In this document: positions 63,989 through 64,000 of the stretch, in pieces
Numbering within the stretch: the stretch's first letter is position 1
Layout: each line of letters begins with the position of its first letter
Source of the DNA: Escherichia phage CLB_P2
DNA length: 64,000 nt
Direction: 5' to 3' (one strand)
Sequence record: OL770107
Position numbers and translations under genes: made by a program
The notes under the pieces: generated by a model
What the model saw: the letters and a program-made list of their open reading frames with translations, nothing else
Databases searched by the model: none
What the model was told of the DNA's origin: nothing

Positions 63989-64000
63989 TTACTCGCTTAT
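63989..64000 (-). CDS. 11: 3' end of the upstream baseplate gene (gene 11-like), only the last codons in window
   Basis: A minus-strand stop codon lies 4 nt upstream of the gene 12 ATG; the frame continues beyond the window edge. Synteny only. Confidence 0.3.
   Translation of the reverse strand: MSE

Overview
This window is a contiguous ~64 kb segment of a T4-like (T-even, Tevenvirinae-type) myovirus genome, running from the 3' end of rnh to the start of gene 12. Positions 1-28,300 are almost entirely plus-strand early/middle genes: rnh, dsbA, 33, 59, 32, frd, td, nrdA, nrdB, denA, rnlA, alc, a spanin pair, pseT, cd, 31, rIII, a block of small ORFs, DNA ligase and two tandem alt paralogs. 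They are punctuated by T4 early-type promoters (GTTTAC, 17-18 nt, TAnnAT) that sit in inverted repeats, and by hairpin/T-run terminators. Positions 28,300-64,000 are mainly minus-strand late structural genes in T4 order (54, 48, 29, 28, 27, 51, uvsW, 24, 23, 22, 21, 68, 67, 20, 19, 18, 17, 16, 15, 14, 13, wac, 12), with plus-strand islands (26, 25, uvsY, inh, hoc, rnlB) and TATAAATA late promoters. Calls rest on remembered T4 protein sequences, motifs and synteny; no database search was possible. Departures from the T4 reference as I remember it: td and nrdB are uninterrupted, alt is duplicated, gene 24 is duplicated, Hoc has four Ig-like domains, and fibritin is extended with internal repeats. 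The most interesting is a two-gene minus-strand operon between hoc and rnlB encoding a collagen-like protein with carbohydrate-binding-like modules and a second Hoc-like protein. No tRNA, rRNA, CRISPR array, integrase or transposase was seen.
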